A stretch of 64,000 nt of DNA from Chiloscyllium plagiosum. Taxonomy: Eukaryota. Numbering within the stretch: the first letter of the stretch is position 1; each line of letters begins with the position of its first letter. A program made the position numbers and the translations under genes. The stretch lies in contig NC_057718.1 in the NCBI RefSeq assembly GCF_004010195.1, positions 105,400,493 through 105,464,492 on the forward strand. Reading direction: 5' to 3'. Below, one piece after another: positions 51,329 through 64,000 of this stretch. The notes beneath the pieces were generated by a model, which was given only the letters and a program-made list of their open reading frames with translations, was not told the origin of the DNA and ran no database searches.

Positions 51329-52946
51329 CTGTCTATAACAAGCCCAACTACACTGGTTAATTAATGCGCTGGTTTCATATAGTTCCATGGGCTATATGAT
51401 TGGCCTCATCATCGATCTTGTAAGTAGGATTGGAGCTATTTGTTCATCATGCAAGCTTGATACTGAAATAGACATCCTGCAGGATTGTAGCCTCCCTGAT
51501 CAGATCATTGCCCACTGTATATCATGCAAACCCATGAACGGACCAAGACTGCCTGCAATTTCAGGTTTCTGAGAAGTGCCCACTTTACCTCTGATTATTT
51601 TGGAAGGGTTAAGTGTCTCAAAAATGTGAAAAATGTGCAAAGCTAGCCATGTAAAACTTTGCTACTTTGCTACTTTGCAATAGCAACTATATTCGCCACT
51701 TATATAATTCTGCAATCACCCGGCCTGTACTGGCAAAACTCAGAATGTAGTGACTAAGTTAGATGTGATTTCTTGCTTGGAAAACACTTGCTAACCAATT
51801 CTAACTATGTTAAGGATTATTCTAGTACTCAATCCAACTCACAGTATAACTCACTTACATGAGCCATAGGCTGCATATGCTCACACACATGACCCATCCT
51901 TTGCAAATAAAGAACATAGGCACACATTACATCTTTTTCAACCAAACAGAAGCTTAATGCACAGCCATTCTCTGGTATATTCTCCATGGCAACACTCGAC
52001 CAATCAGAGTTCACTTGCCCACCAATCAGCACCGACTTCTCATTTTTAATACAACTTGTTCCTTTTGAGGAAGGGTATTCTTGTGATCTATCCTGATGAG
52101 TGCAGGATGTAAATCTTTGACAGCAGTCCCTTTTTCAGCAATACCCAAGACCTGTACCACTAAGTAACAATTTGATTAGAATAGGTTCAAAAGTCTTCTG
52201 AGCCTGTCGAGTTGACCTGGCTAAACCCACTGTAATCAGTTCATAAAGAACCCTTTATGACACAAAAATGCTCAGTCAAATAGATCAGGATTCTACAGTA
52301 TTCTTAAAGTGACTGATAGCTAGTGAACAGTTAAAATACATTCAAAAAAAAAAGCTGCTTTGTAAGATGGTTTAATGTTAATGCTGTGAATGAAAAGTCG
52401 CCTATGAACTAGAAGCATTTCAATTCAGAGTGAAGAGTATATAGTTAAACTGCTGTTCCAGTGATGGTGTTTCCTTTCTATACCTGTCATTCAAGATCTT
52501 CCTGAGGCTAGTATTCAAAAACATTTGAGCTTTTCTTTGCCTCTGCCTAAATGTAAATGATTGCATTTTTACAAGAATCACTCACTTGTTCAGAAATAGA
52601 GATTAATTAAAACCTGGATTGGACGTCACAGTATCTACTCCAGTCAGGTAATGGCTTATTTTAAGCATTTCCACAAGAACAATGCTGTAAATCCAGATTG
52701 AAAGTTTAAAATCTAGCCATATGTTTTGGCTGACAGCATCTAAATGTAAACAAATTCATCGGAGCCTGAAACCAGTACTACATATTGATCATGTTGTCAA
52801 AGTAGTCCAATTTTCACTTCAATTGAAATCAACTATAATTCAGCTGTTGCCATAATGGATGGTGACTCCGCAATGATGGCTTTATGCCCAGGCAGAGTTA
52901 AAGATCTATTTAATAGTTCTGTGTTAGCCTTGGTTCACTATGTCTG

Positions 52947-53365
52947 AATCAAAAAGTGTGGTGCTGGAAAAGAACAGCTGGTCAGGCAGCATCCAAGGAG
53001 CAAGAGAGTTGATGCTCTTCATCAGGAATGTGGAGGGGCCCAGGGATGCTGAGAGATAAATTGGAGAGTGAGGCTAGGGGAAGGTAGCGGGGAATGCAAT
53101 AGATAGATGAAGGGTTGGGGTGATGGTGATAGGTCGGAGTGGAAGGTGGGAAGGAAGATGGATAGGTAGGATAGTTAAAGAGGGTTGGATCTGGGATAAG
53201 GTTGGGGGGAGGGGCGATGAGGAAACTGGTGAAATCGACATTGATCCCGTGTGGTTGGAGGGTCGCAAGCTGGAAAATGGGGTGTTTTTCCTCCAGGCAT
53301 TGAGTAGCTAGAATTTGGCCATGAGGAGGCCCAGGGCTTGCATATCCTTGGTGGAGTGGAAACTA
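52947..53365 (-). mobile_element. Penelope-like 3' fragment
   Basis: Similar to about 16630-16975 (gtgctggaaaag..cagcatccaaggagca and relic GIY-YIG C-terminus). Confidence 0.75.
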
Positions 53366-56300
53366 CATTTGAGCCACACAGTAGAGGTTCAAGTCCTACT
53401 CAAGAAACCTGAGCAGAAAACTTAGGTTGACATTTCACCATGGTACTGAGAGAGTACTGCACCTATCGGATAAATGTTGACGATTAACATCATCTATACT
53501 GTTAATCTGTTCATTTACAAAGTATTATAAAGTATTTAGAGTACAGAAGTAAGCCCTCCAGCTTAACAGGCCCGTAGTGGTGTTACCCATCTTTACTGAA
53601 TCCTATGAGCAGATCCTTCTATTCCTTTCCCCCTTGTGTGTTATTAAGCTTCCCCTTGATTGTTCCTTTGCTGTTCAACTGAACTGTGGTAGTGAATTCA
53701 ATACTGTACCTGCTGTCTGTATAAATAAGTTTTTTTTTTCCTGAATACCCTATTGGAGTTATTAATGACTATCTTATATTTAGGGCCCAAGTTCTGGTTT
53801 TGCCCACTCTACTTTGGAACCAAAATCATATTAGATGCTAAACATTAACTCTGTTTCACTCTCCATAGGTACTGCTTTGCTGAGCTTCTCCAAACACTTT
53901 GTCTTTATTTCGATCTCTAGCATCTACAGTATTTTATTTTTATTTAACCCCAAGTCTTCCATTTTCTAGAGAAAAGAGCCCTATCGTGTCAATTTTATCC
54001 TGAAAGTTATGATCATTCAGTTCTGCTATCATTCTATTAAGATATTTTTGCATTTTCTCCAGTGCCTTAATATCCAGTTTTAGATGATGGAAACAGACTG
54101 GTTGTAGTAATCCATATCTAGATTGCAGATTTAATATAAGATTGCTTCTCTCTCCCTCTATAAATACTTTGATTATTAAAGCCATAAAAAGAACAATGTT
54201 AAATCACTTATTGATTTGTATATCTACATTATCCAATCCCTCTCTTTCTCTAGCCCGCTTAAGCATCTATTTTCCAAGGATATTATTCTTTCTGCAAAAG
54301 TGCAGACCCTCACATGTATCAAGATGGTTTTCCTTCATTTTGTCACATTCCTCCTTTGTATTAACTACACAATTCAATTCTGTGTCATTCACAAATTTTG
54401 AAGTTATGCTTTTAATTCCTGAATTTAAATCATTGATTTAATCATGACCAATGGCCTCAGTACCAGTCCCACGGATTGCCACTTCCCACCATTTCCTGTC
54501 TGAGTAACTACCTGTAGCCCCCATTCCATTTTTTAACCTCACTGTCCATTCAGTTACTGGTTCCTGATGTAACATGTTCTCATTTGATCATAAGTTTACT
54601 GTATCAAAGACTTTTTAAAAATTCAAATGTACAATTTTTTTATGCATCACTAACTTCTCAAAGGCATTTAGATATGATTAGTAATTGCTGACCTAACCAA
54701 AAATGTCCGCATACCAAGAGTATTTTTTATTAAAGTGACATAATAAATCTTTTTGTGCAACAAGTGGTTAAGCTTTGCAATCACTGCTTGAGGGTGGAGG
54801 CAATTTCAATTGAAGCATTCAAAAATAAATTATACTATTTCCTAATGAGGAAAAACGTGCTGAATTCTGGGCAGAAGCTGGGGGAATGGACTCGGTACTG
54901 GTGTAATGGGCCAAACAGCCTCTTTCTGTGCTGTGACAATTCTGTGATTCTGCAATCCATAATGGCAATTTGTCCATATGATAGTTTTCAGTCAGCAGGA
55001 AAAGCACAGTTCAAACAAAATACATCTCTTTTCAGACCAACCACATCTCAGAACATGAGATGAAGATGCTCTACTTTCTGAGGCAATTTGTAGCTAGGTG
55101 GGAACTGAAAATGCTCCAATCCAATGTCTTAAAGCTGCAGTTTATTTGCTGTGACTAGCAAAATTACTTATCAATAAGATAAATCTGATGCATACAGTAC
55201 GTTTGCATTATGACAGCTTTTTCTGACATATAATGTTCTGTAAGTGTAATATCTTGTGAAATTGCAGTTTATTCATAGATTTAAATTGTTTTACAAAAGG
55301 TGAAGCTTTCAGAAGGATGACTGTAAAAGTATCAAAGCTCTGAAAAATGCAGATATATCTATCCTCTTCCTACCAAATTCAGTCAATTTGAAAGGGCCCA
55401 TTGACAGAGAGGATGAATTAGCTTAAACTGGTTTAAAACACAAAGTAAGAAGGTTAAAGCAATTTGAATGTCAAAAAAAAGAAGTTTACAACACTGGGCA
55501 GTATTAGTAACAGTGTCTTAGAAAGCTGATCAAGATGCTACAGCAAAGATAATGGGGCTGTGAAGAAAACAATCCGTTTTTTTCAACCCCCAGCCTATCT
55601 GGCTTCAGGTGAAGTTTCATTGTCTCTTCTGCCTAGCGAATAAAGCTTATGGTGATGGAGCAGCAACATTTTTGAAGCTTCATTTGGCTGACGGAAAGCT
55701 GATGAAGAGCATAATCATTTCACAGTCAGAGGATAAATCATAGCAGCAGGTCCTAAGTTTCAGTTTACAGAAAGATTTGAACAACAAAAAGCAGCTTTAT
55801 TGCTATCAGATCTTTATCATTTGTCAGCAGTCAGCCATTAAAACAAAGCTTGATATGAGTCAAGTTAATTGCGGTCATAAATGCAAAAAGGCATCAACAT
55901 GTACTGCTCAGAATAAAAAGTGACAGCAAGGTTTAGGAATAGGCAGAAAAATGTATTTGTTTAATATCAGGAAGACCCAGATTTAGAAGTTATTGAGCTG
56001 TGTGTGGGATTTCTGTTTATGCTGTTATTTAAAAGTGTGAAGTATCTCTACATATCCATGATGAGACTACTTATATTGCTAAGTACTAATTCTAGATGTG
56101 TCTCATTCCATTAAATGATCCAAAGAAAAAGTTGGGAAAATTTCTGAAATTCGTCTGGATATGATTATCAGGTAGTTATGCCTAGAGGTCCCACTAGGCG
56201 TACTGTGTTTAATGACCTTAAAAAGCCTCATATTGCAGTGGGGAAGCTCGCTGCTCCATTATATTGGATTAAGCACAAGAAAAGGCAACCAGGGTATACA

Positions 56301-57370
56301 TCTGGAACTGTGCATATTCAACTGATGAGTCCAATGTCTGTTTGAGGTCTTCTACAGTATAAGGTTGCCCTGTTCAGTAAAATCAGGTCTACGACTGGCC
56401 TAAGGCAGTCCTTGAAGGGATAATCTCCACCCTCCCAAATTCCAACTGCTCTTCATGTTTCCAGGTTTGTTAAGGGAGTCACAGAAGACCCATCCGTTTA
56501 GGCATGGGATCAACTCCTAGAATGCTCCAATTTCTAGAACTTTTTAAAAATTTTCCAAGCTGTATTTTATATCATCTAGTTAGAGCTGTAAAACTGCTGA
56601 TTCTGAATAATCAGATCATTTAATAATCCAAAACGTTTCCTGTTTGAGCTTCAACCCATGCCAGGGATTTTAAATCTTTGACAATTTTTTTATCAAAATG
56701 TAAGTTGGATATTAACACCAGGATAATACTTTCTTGTGTTTTCTATTTTCACAACCTATTTTTATAATCAATGTCAATATTTCATGAATTTAAGGACTGC
56801 CATGTCAACTTAAAATTCACAGTTGATACTTTGGTACTTTCAATTTATAAATCATTTAAATTTCCTGGACACCAAACTGCACTTCAACGTGTTTCTGTAC
56901 TGCTTTTTGAGTTTTCTTCATCTCTACAGTATTGGTTTAGCAAGGCACCCTATTCATCACTGTGAAGTCTGATGTTGAAGCAGAAATTATCTCAAAGATG
57001 GAGTGAAGTTTATTGTCCTTCACTGTTTGCATTCCAGTATCAGGACAATGCTTTATTAAACGTTTTTTAATATACATTCCATTCTTTTGTTAGATTGTAA
57101 TAGATAAAACCTCAAACCATTCTTTTTGACAAAACTCTTGGCTACTTGAAAGATGAGAACCCAAGGCTAAAATGTAGAGTAACTGGCACCTATTCAATAA
57201 TAAAAGGGTAATGGACCTTTCGAACCAGTGCTTAAAACGTAAACAGAAAGCCTTCAGATGAAAAGGAGTGCAGTTTTGAAATGGTGAATTATTCTGACAG
57301 CTAGATACTTTAGTTGATGTAAATAAACAAGACTGACTTCAGTGCTGTTTTCTGATTCTATCCTATTCAG

Positions 57371-57471
57371 GTCTTTATGCCATAACATGACCGGTGACAT
57401 GGGGAATGAACTTGGGTTTAATTCCTATGCTGCAGCCCTGACAGCTGACCCTTTGGTTTGGAACCAGGCAG
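57371..57471 (+). CDS. WDPCP: WDPCP coding exon 6 of 8 in window
   Basis: Acceptor ctatcctattcag, donor gtaaga. Open frame (K)SLCHNMTGDMGNELGFNSYAAALTADPLVWNQA(G). 101 nt, phase 2-1 fits. Support is splice sites and phase; similarity is weak. Confidence 0.75.
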
Positions 57472-57651
57472 GTAAGAGACTGATATAAAAACTTACAACA
57501 AAAGATTTGTAAACAAACATGCCCTCATGCCTGAAAGTTTTGTGATTAGTTGTTTGAAAGAATGAAAAGAATGAAAGAATGAAAAGAAAAAAATATTTAG
57601 AAATATTCACAGGGTGACAGTAATATATTTATCAAAACATTTATCAAGTTA

Positions 57652-57805
57652 TGATTTGGAGGTGCTGGTGTTGGACTGGGGTGTACAAAGTTAAAAATCA
57701 AACAACACCAAGTTATAGTCCAACAGGTTTAATTGGAAGCACTAGCTTTTGGAGCACCGCTCCATCTTCAGGTGATGAACCACCTGGTGTTGTGTGATTT
57801 TTAAC
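57652..57805. mobile_element. Penelope-derived mini-element with a short inverted end
   Basis: Same terminus as 49184 (tgatttggag.tgc.ggtgttg). 12-bp TSD tttatcaagtta (57640-57651 / 57806-57817). Confidence 0.87.
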
Positions 57806-58101
57806 TTTATCAAGTTAGAATTTAAAACATTTTAAATATATTGTAGGCTTTTAATTCCTGTGTAATTTCATTTTAATGCTGAGTAATAATCATTTTGTAC
57901 TCCAGTGAATTTTGATATTTTAGAGGCGACACCACAATAACTTCTCAGTTTTCAATCCTTGCAATTAAAGCTATTAGTATTTTCATTTAATTACAACTAG
58001 TGCATTTGTTTGTAAATGTAATAGGCATTAATTTATTTATGGCATGCAATGCTAAAATAATGCAGTATGAAGACACCTTTAATGCCTTGTGTATTTTTAA
58101 G

Positions 58102-58133
58102 GGAATAATTTTGATGGAGAAGGAGACCCACAG
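58102..58133 (+). CDS. WDPCP: WDPCP 32-nt penultimate exon
   Basis: Acceptor gtatttttaag, consensus donor CAG|gtaagt. Translates (G)NNFDGEGDPQ (recalled human GELREDGREQ). Phase 1-0 links to the last exon. Confidence 0.8.
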
Positions 58134-58790
58134 GTAAGTTTTTTTTTAATTTTGCATATTTACAAGAAAATCATTTAAATAAAAACATGGCAGCTGAAAG
58201 TTGATTTCAAGTCCAGCAGCACTCAAATAAGAGAAAACTGACTCAAGTTTTCTGTTTCTACATGGAACTATTCAGTTTTGTAACGGACTATAATTGTTTT
58301 GTTTCAATATTGTTCATGGGCATCAGTTACTTTAAGGGCAACCATTTATCTCTATCTTCATGTTAGCAATGCTTTCAGAGTTATCTGTGATAGATAGTAA
58401 TCTTATATGAGTATCTTTATAAAACATATTTAAATAACTCAAAAACTTGCATTATGCAGTCTGTCCATTTTTACTTAAATATGAGATCACTCTAAATCTT
58501 ACTCTGCCTAATCTATACACATATCTACATACTGAATGGGCTCAGTAGCCTACAATTTCTCCCATTAAACTGAGAAGTAATCATTTGTTTCATTTGTTTA
58601 GATCAGAACTAATAGAGTCAATTGAACCTTTTGTTTCCCGAGTTGAAAGAGTTTGCTTTTTGTAGATTATTGCCAGATATATGATTACTAAAACATACTT
58701 GTTTGGAAAAATTAAATTTAATTTCATTCTATCTCTGTTACATTTACATTTGAAATCTATTTTGGAAAAATGGCAAGCTGCAGGAGAACA

Positions 58791-59040
58791 CAGGCGACTG
58801 ACTGTGTGGAGTTTGCACGTTCTCCCCGTGTCTGCGTGGGTTTCCTCCGGGTGCTCCGGTTTCCTCCCACCATCCAAAGATGTGCAGGGTCAGGTGAATT
58901 GGCCATACTAAATTGCCTGTAGTGTTAGGTAGGGGGTAAATGTAGGGGTATGGGTGGGTTTCGCTTCGGCGGGTCGGTGTGGACTTGTTGGGCCGAAGGG
59001 CCTGTTTCCACACTGTAATCTAATCTAATCTAAATCTAAA
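58791..59040 (+). mobile_element. HE1-type V-SINE, 5'-truncated
   Basis: V-core and (aatct)n tail; tRNA head missing. Confidence 0.9.
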
Positions 59041-59671
59041 CTTGCATTGACATTGTTGAACTGATGGATTGTATCAAAAAAATTTGAAATCTCTTTCAGA
59101 ACCAAAATGAGCATGGTACATTTATAGAATGCAATAATAATGTCATTTTCACTTCAAAGCAAAGTTCTTTTGGGTGCACAACACTGCCCAACAGTGACAG
59201 TGTCACTCGATTCATTACTGATCCAATTCCCAAGTACAACAAATCCACCCATATCATTTTCCACTAGTCTGAGATCCCACTGACTGTAGTAAAACTTTGG
59301 GCTCCTCTGAAACCATGTTTTAGAAATGATTCTAAGTAAGTAGGTAGCCACTCCTAATACTAGAAATTGGCCAAACTGGGAATTGAGTTCTTCAGCATTG
59401 CATACACCATCTCAGTGCTAAATGCGATTCTGTTACTCTGCTGTTCTAAGTGTACATTGCATCACACAGATGCTGGATAAGACTGATCCCTTCAAACCTT
59501 TGAAGCCATATGACCATTTTTATTAGATTTGGTGCAAATGAGCTGTGTGGATTATTTGGGAACTTCTTATTAATGTTTATTAAGGTACTAATTACTGTAA
59601 TGTAGTTGAACATTAAAATTAATCAATTTTTCAGTTTTCATGCTTATTTAAAATGTGTTCTTCCTTTGCAG

Positions 59672-59722
59672 CGCTCTGAAAACAGCAGCACTCTGAAAGT
59701 GGTACACTTTGGCCTAGTGTGA
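59672..59722 (+). CDS. WDPCP: WDPCP terminal coding exon including the stop codon
   Basis: Acceptor ttcttcctttgcag. Translates RSENSSTLKVVHFGLV*, matching the conserved WDPCP C-terminus (human ...SLKMIHFGLV). TGA at 59720-59722. Confidence 0.95.
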   Translation, partial: RSENSSTLKVVHFGLV

Positions 59723-60144
59723 AATGCAGTTTTGGTTTCTAAATTACATGGTAGACAAAGAGTGATACCATTTAATTACCATTAAGTTTGTCTATTAAAA
59801 AGGATCTCACTGTTTCTATTGTATAAATATTATCACAAAATCTAGGTAATGCAGAAAATGTTGCAACAACTCCAAAAAGCTGAAAAAATCTTTTATTCTT
59901 AATCTTCCTTTGCTTCTATCCTGTGGTTATATTGATAACAGACCTACTTATTTGATACACTTTTAGATGAGTTTTTAAATATATCTTATATAAGGTAAAA
60001 GTTATTTCATTACGCTGCTATGGTTGAATTACTTCCACTTCATTCAGTAAATTCTCTGTATATCCCCAGAAAAAGAACTGCAAGATTTGGATTCACATAA
60101 TCAGAAAATGGCAAATGTTTTTGTTGATCATTGTTTGTAATATG

Positions 60145-60150
60145 AATAAA
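60145..60150 (+). promoter_or_regulatory. Candidate WDPCP polyadenylation signal AATAAA (variant ATTAAA also at 59794-59799)
   Basis: Canonical hexamer about 420 nt after the stop, followed by T-rich sequence and lying before the CR1 insertion at about 60262. Confidence 0.45.
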
Positions 60151-60261
60151 GTTCATAATGGACAGAATTTATTTGATTGTGACTTCAAATGTGAAGGAAT
60201 TTATACCCTTTCATTATCCATTTATCTTTTGTTCACAATGTTAACATTTTGTTATGTACTA

Positions 60262-61055
60262 AATAGAAGCAGGAGTAGGCACATTCAGTCCTTCATGCCT
60301 GCTCCACCATTCAATAAGATCATGGCTGATCTAATTGTGACGTCAATTCGACTTTCCCTTGATAATCAAGAATCTGTCTAACCTGATCTTAAAAATATTC
60401 AATGACCCAGTCTCCAACACTATCTGGGGAAGAAAATTCCATAGACAAACTACCATCAAAGAGAAAAAAAACCTTCTTCATTTCCATCATAATTGGGAAG
60501 CCTCTTATTTTTTTAAATGTGTCCCCTAGTTCTCATGTCTCCCATAGGGGGGAATACATCCTTCCAGCATCTACCTTGTCAAGTCCTCTCAGCTTCTTGG
60601 TTGTTTCAGTAGGATTAGCTGTCATTCTTCTGAACTCTTGCTTGTCCAAACTTTCTTTGTGAGATAACCCCATTCCAGAAATCAGTCAGTTGAACTTTCT
60701 CTGAACTACTTGTAATTATATCCTTCCTTAAATAAGGCGATCAAAATGGTACAAAGTGCCCAGCTGTGGTTTCACCAATATCCAATACAACTGTAGCAAA
60801 ATATCCCTACTTACATATTCCATTCTTCTTGCAAAAATGGCAACACTCTGTTTGCCTTTCTGATCATTCGCTGTCCTTGCACACCAACTTTTTCTGATTC
60901 ACATCCCAGACCACCCAGATCCCTCTGTGCCATAGAGCTCAGCAATCTTTCTCCATTTAAAATTTATGCTGCTTTTCTAATCTTCCTGTCTAAATGGACT
61001 AGTTCACATTTTCCCACATTATACTATATCTGTCAAGTTTTTTTACCAACTTGCT
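60262..61055 (-). mobile_element. Old CR1 LINE 3' portion
   Basis: Reverse-complement CR1 3' UTR (aaatagaagcaggagtaggc...gatcatggctgatc) followed by decayed ORF2. Confidence 0.75.
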
Positions 61056-61060
61056 TGTTG

Positions 61061-61951
61061 TAGAGTCATAGAGATGAATAGTACGGAAACAGACCCTTCA
61101 GTCCAACTTGTCCATACCAACCAGATATTCTAAATTACTCTAGTCCCATTTGCCTGCATTTTGCCCATATCCCTCCAAACCCTTCCTATCCATTTACCTT
61201 CCAGATGTCTTTTAAATGTAATTGTACCAGCTTCCATCACTTCCTCCAGCAGCTCATTCCATACATGCATCATAACCACCCTATTATTCTTATGGCTAAC
61301 TGAGATGTCCTTATAAATTTGTTTCTCAATTTCCCGCTGACTATTTTGGATGGGGGGAGTGGTCTATAGTACAATCCCAATAAGGAGATCATCTCTTTCT
61401 TACTTCTGAGTTCCACCCAAATAACTTCCCTGGACATATCCTTCTTAAGTGCAGCCATAATGTTATCCCTTATCAAAAATGCCAGTCCCACTCTTCTCTT
61501 GCCCTCCTTTTTATCCTAGAACATTAAGCTGACAGTCTTGTCCATCCCTGAACCATGACTTTATAATTGCTATGTTATCCCAATTCCAAGTTCCCGATCA
61601 TGCCCTGAGTTCATCTGCCTTTCCTGTTAGCCTCTTGCATTGAAATAAATGCAATTTAATTTATCAGTCCATCTTGTTCTCTGCTATGTTCCTGCCTACC
61701 CTGACTGGTTGACTTGTTCCTTTTCCCAACCAAACCAGTCTTAGACTGATCTCTTTCCTCAATATCCCCCGTGTCCCCCCCCACCCTCCCTCCCACCTTT
61801 CTCGTTTAAGTCCTCCCAAGCAGCTCTAGAAAATCTCTCTGTCAGTATAGGTGCAATCCATCCTTCTTAGACAGGCCACTTCTACCCCAGAAAAGATTTC
61901 AGTGATTCAAAAATGTGAACCCTTCTTCCCTGCATCAGCTCCTCAGCCATG
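61061..61951 (-). mobile_element. CR1 copy with tail joined directly to the endonuclease/5' region
   Basis: Tail tagagtcatagag at about 61061. At about 61270 it jumps to the endonuclease region (IWVELRSKK...GLYYRP). Confidence 0.82.
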
Positions 61952-63460
61952 CAGTAAAATCTTGTTGCATTTTCAGAATAAGCAGCTTGTAGCATTGCCT
62001 TGACTTTAAACATGAAATACATGCTTTATCTACAAGAACTGTTTTTGTCCACTTCACTCATGGCTTCTGTCAAAACTGATGATGGCCTGCATGAGGGATT
62101 AATCTAGCATCAATCAGTGGTGTATAATCCTTCGTGCATAGCATTTTTCTTTGCTTTATATGTTAAGAGGATTTGAGTTTAAAATGCATAAATTGATGTG
62201 AAAAATCTGCATAAGATCAAAATTATTTCATTTCTCAAAGTTCTTGTGTTCATTTAGTTCCATTTATTCTAAATTTCTAAACACCGGAGTATTTTATATA
62301 TATAGCCATAACATACATGAGGGACTTCAACGAGTATCCTTACGATATGACTGATTTTTTTAAGCTCTCTGTTAATATCCCAGTGCCTATGATATTATCA
62401 AACCTGTTTAATGTTTTGATATTATGTTATTGTGTGACATCTGAATCCTTTTCATATAAAGGTATGGTAACAATGTCTTGTATAAAACCAATGATGGATT
62501 TGAATGTACTGTACTATATAACTTGCTAAATATTAAAATATAACACCCACAATAAATACTGTCATAAGAAAACTGCAAATGATGCAAATCAGTAATATAG
62601 GACTTTTGCAACATGTTAGTCAGCATCTGTAATGAGAAGAGTTGAGATGTATGTTTGCAGATGTAATTGATAAAATTTCTCCTTCAAGTCCCAGAAAATT
62701 CTTTGTAGCTGACAATAGAAATCAAAACTAGAAACAATGCTAACAAAATGGTCCAAAATAGAATGTTTTGAAGTAGAGTCCAGGAAGTCTTGCTTTCCAT
62801 TATTCCTCAACACTATACTCGTCACATTAAAGTGTATATCGCTTTTTGTCTGGAACTAACAGCTTCACATATGGTCTCTTTAGGGTGAAGGTGACTCTGA
62901 GATGGCAAACTTGGCAATGGAAGCCTATAATGCTCTCAGGCCACTGCACCAATCTCCCCTGGAGATCGGGTTGTGATGACTGAAAGGTGAACACACACAT
63001 AAGTGCAATTTGCAGAAAGGATGTTGCTTAGGTGTTGGAATGCTGACTGATGCGGAGAGCAATAAGGAACAAAGCCCAAAACTAATTTCCCCCTTCCCTC
63101 GTTCAGGGATTCTGAGATAATTCTGCTGACCCACTGCCATCGTGCTTAAGATGTCCTAAATCCACACTGAGCAAGGATCAAACCATTAACTTTTCTGACC
63201 TGTACTGCTTAGTGCCCTGTACCAACTGAGCCAGAATTGACACAAACGTGTCAAATCATGGGATTGCCTGAAGTATGCTCAAACCTGTAATATTCTGCTG
63301 TGAAGTTGGGAATGTTATCAGTCAACCATTGTTTACTGCACAGGCATACCGCTAATGTTTAACCTGTTAAAATTACACAGCGTACCTTCAGAGCGCAGAC
63401 AAGACTCTAGCTTAGAACCACTTTAATTATCAGTACAATGGTGTAGTGGTGAATCTGGAA

Positions 63461-64000
63461 ACAATAGACAATAGGTGCAGGAGTAGGCTATTCTGCCCTT
63501 CGAGCCTGCACCCCCATTCAATATGATCATGGCTGATCATCCTTAATCAGTATCCTGTTCCTGCCTTATCTCCATAACCCTTGATTCCACAATCCTTGAG
63601 AGCTCTATCCAACTCTTTCTTAAATGAATCCAGAGACTGGGCCTCCACTGCCCTCTGGGGCAGAGCATTCCACACAGCCACCACTCTCTGGGTGAAGAAG
63701 TTTCTCCTCATCTCTGTCCTAAATGGTCTACCCCGTATTTTTAAGCTGTGTCCTCTGGTTCGGCACTCACCCATCAGCGGAAACATATTTCCTGCCTCCA
63801 GAGTGTCCGATCCTTTAATAATCTTATATATCTCAATCAGATCCCCTCTCAGCCTTCGAAACTCAAGGGTATACAAGCCCAGTTGCTCCAGTCTTTCAGC
63901 GTAAGGTAGTCCCGCCATTCCAGGAATTGACTTCGTGAACCTACGCTGCACTCCCGAAATAGCCAGAATGTCTTTCCTCAAATTTGAGACCAGAACTGCA
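63461..64000 (-). mobile_element. Relatively young CR1 LINE 3' end, runs off the window
   Basis: Uninterrupted ORF 63547-63981 (QRRFTK.IPG...RRLRGDLIE...FFTQRVV.VWNALP) with stop and 3' UTR. Confidence 0.92.

Noticed and set aside
52576..52647. Possible extra WDPCP exon (acaag ... cag|gtaatg)
   Set aside because: TAA stop in the required phase-2 frame, also from the alternative acceptor at about 52593. Exons 46486 and 57371 already join in frame.

Overview
Eukaryotic, AT-rich genomic DNA, most likely from a shark or other cartilaginous fish (inferred from HE1-type V-SINEs and HER1/CR1 LINEs). The only host gene I can support is the 3' part of WDPCP (Fritz, CPLANE ciliogenesis/planar-cell-polarity effector) on the + strand. 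It has eight GT-AG coding exons (3109-3297, 6625-6748, 12855-12918, 17590-17692, 46486-46642, 57371-57471, 58102-58133, 59672-59722), 821 nt in total, with consistent phases, ending ...LKVVHFGLV*. The introns are filled with decayed CR1 and Rex1/L2-like LINEs, HE1 SINEs, Penelope-like elements with hammerhead-like cores, Harbinger remnants and LTR-like elements. The most unusual structures are (1) a composite LTR-like element at about 176-1377 carrying a tandem tRNA-Gly(TCC) plus internally deleted tRNA-Leu cassette inside a hairpin-bearing direct repeat, and (2) a set of tiny Penelope/hammerhead-derived fold-back insertions with clear target-site duplications (TSDs), one of them 65 bp around a 58-bp insert. 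All homology calls are from my recall of the families, not database searches. Repeat boundaries are approximate.
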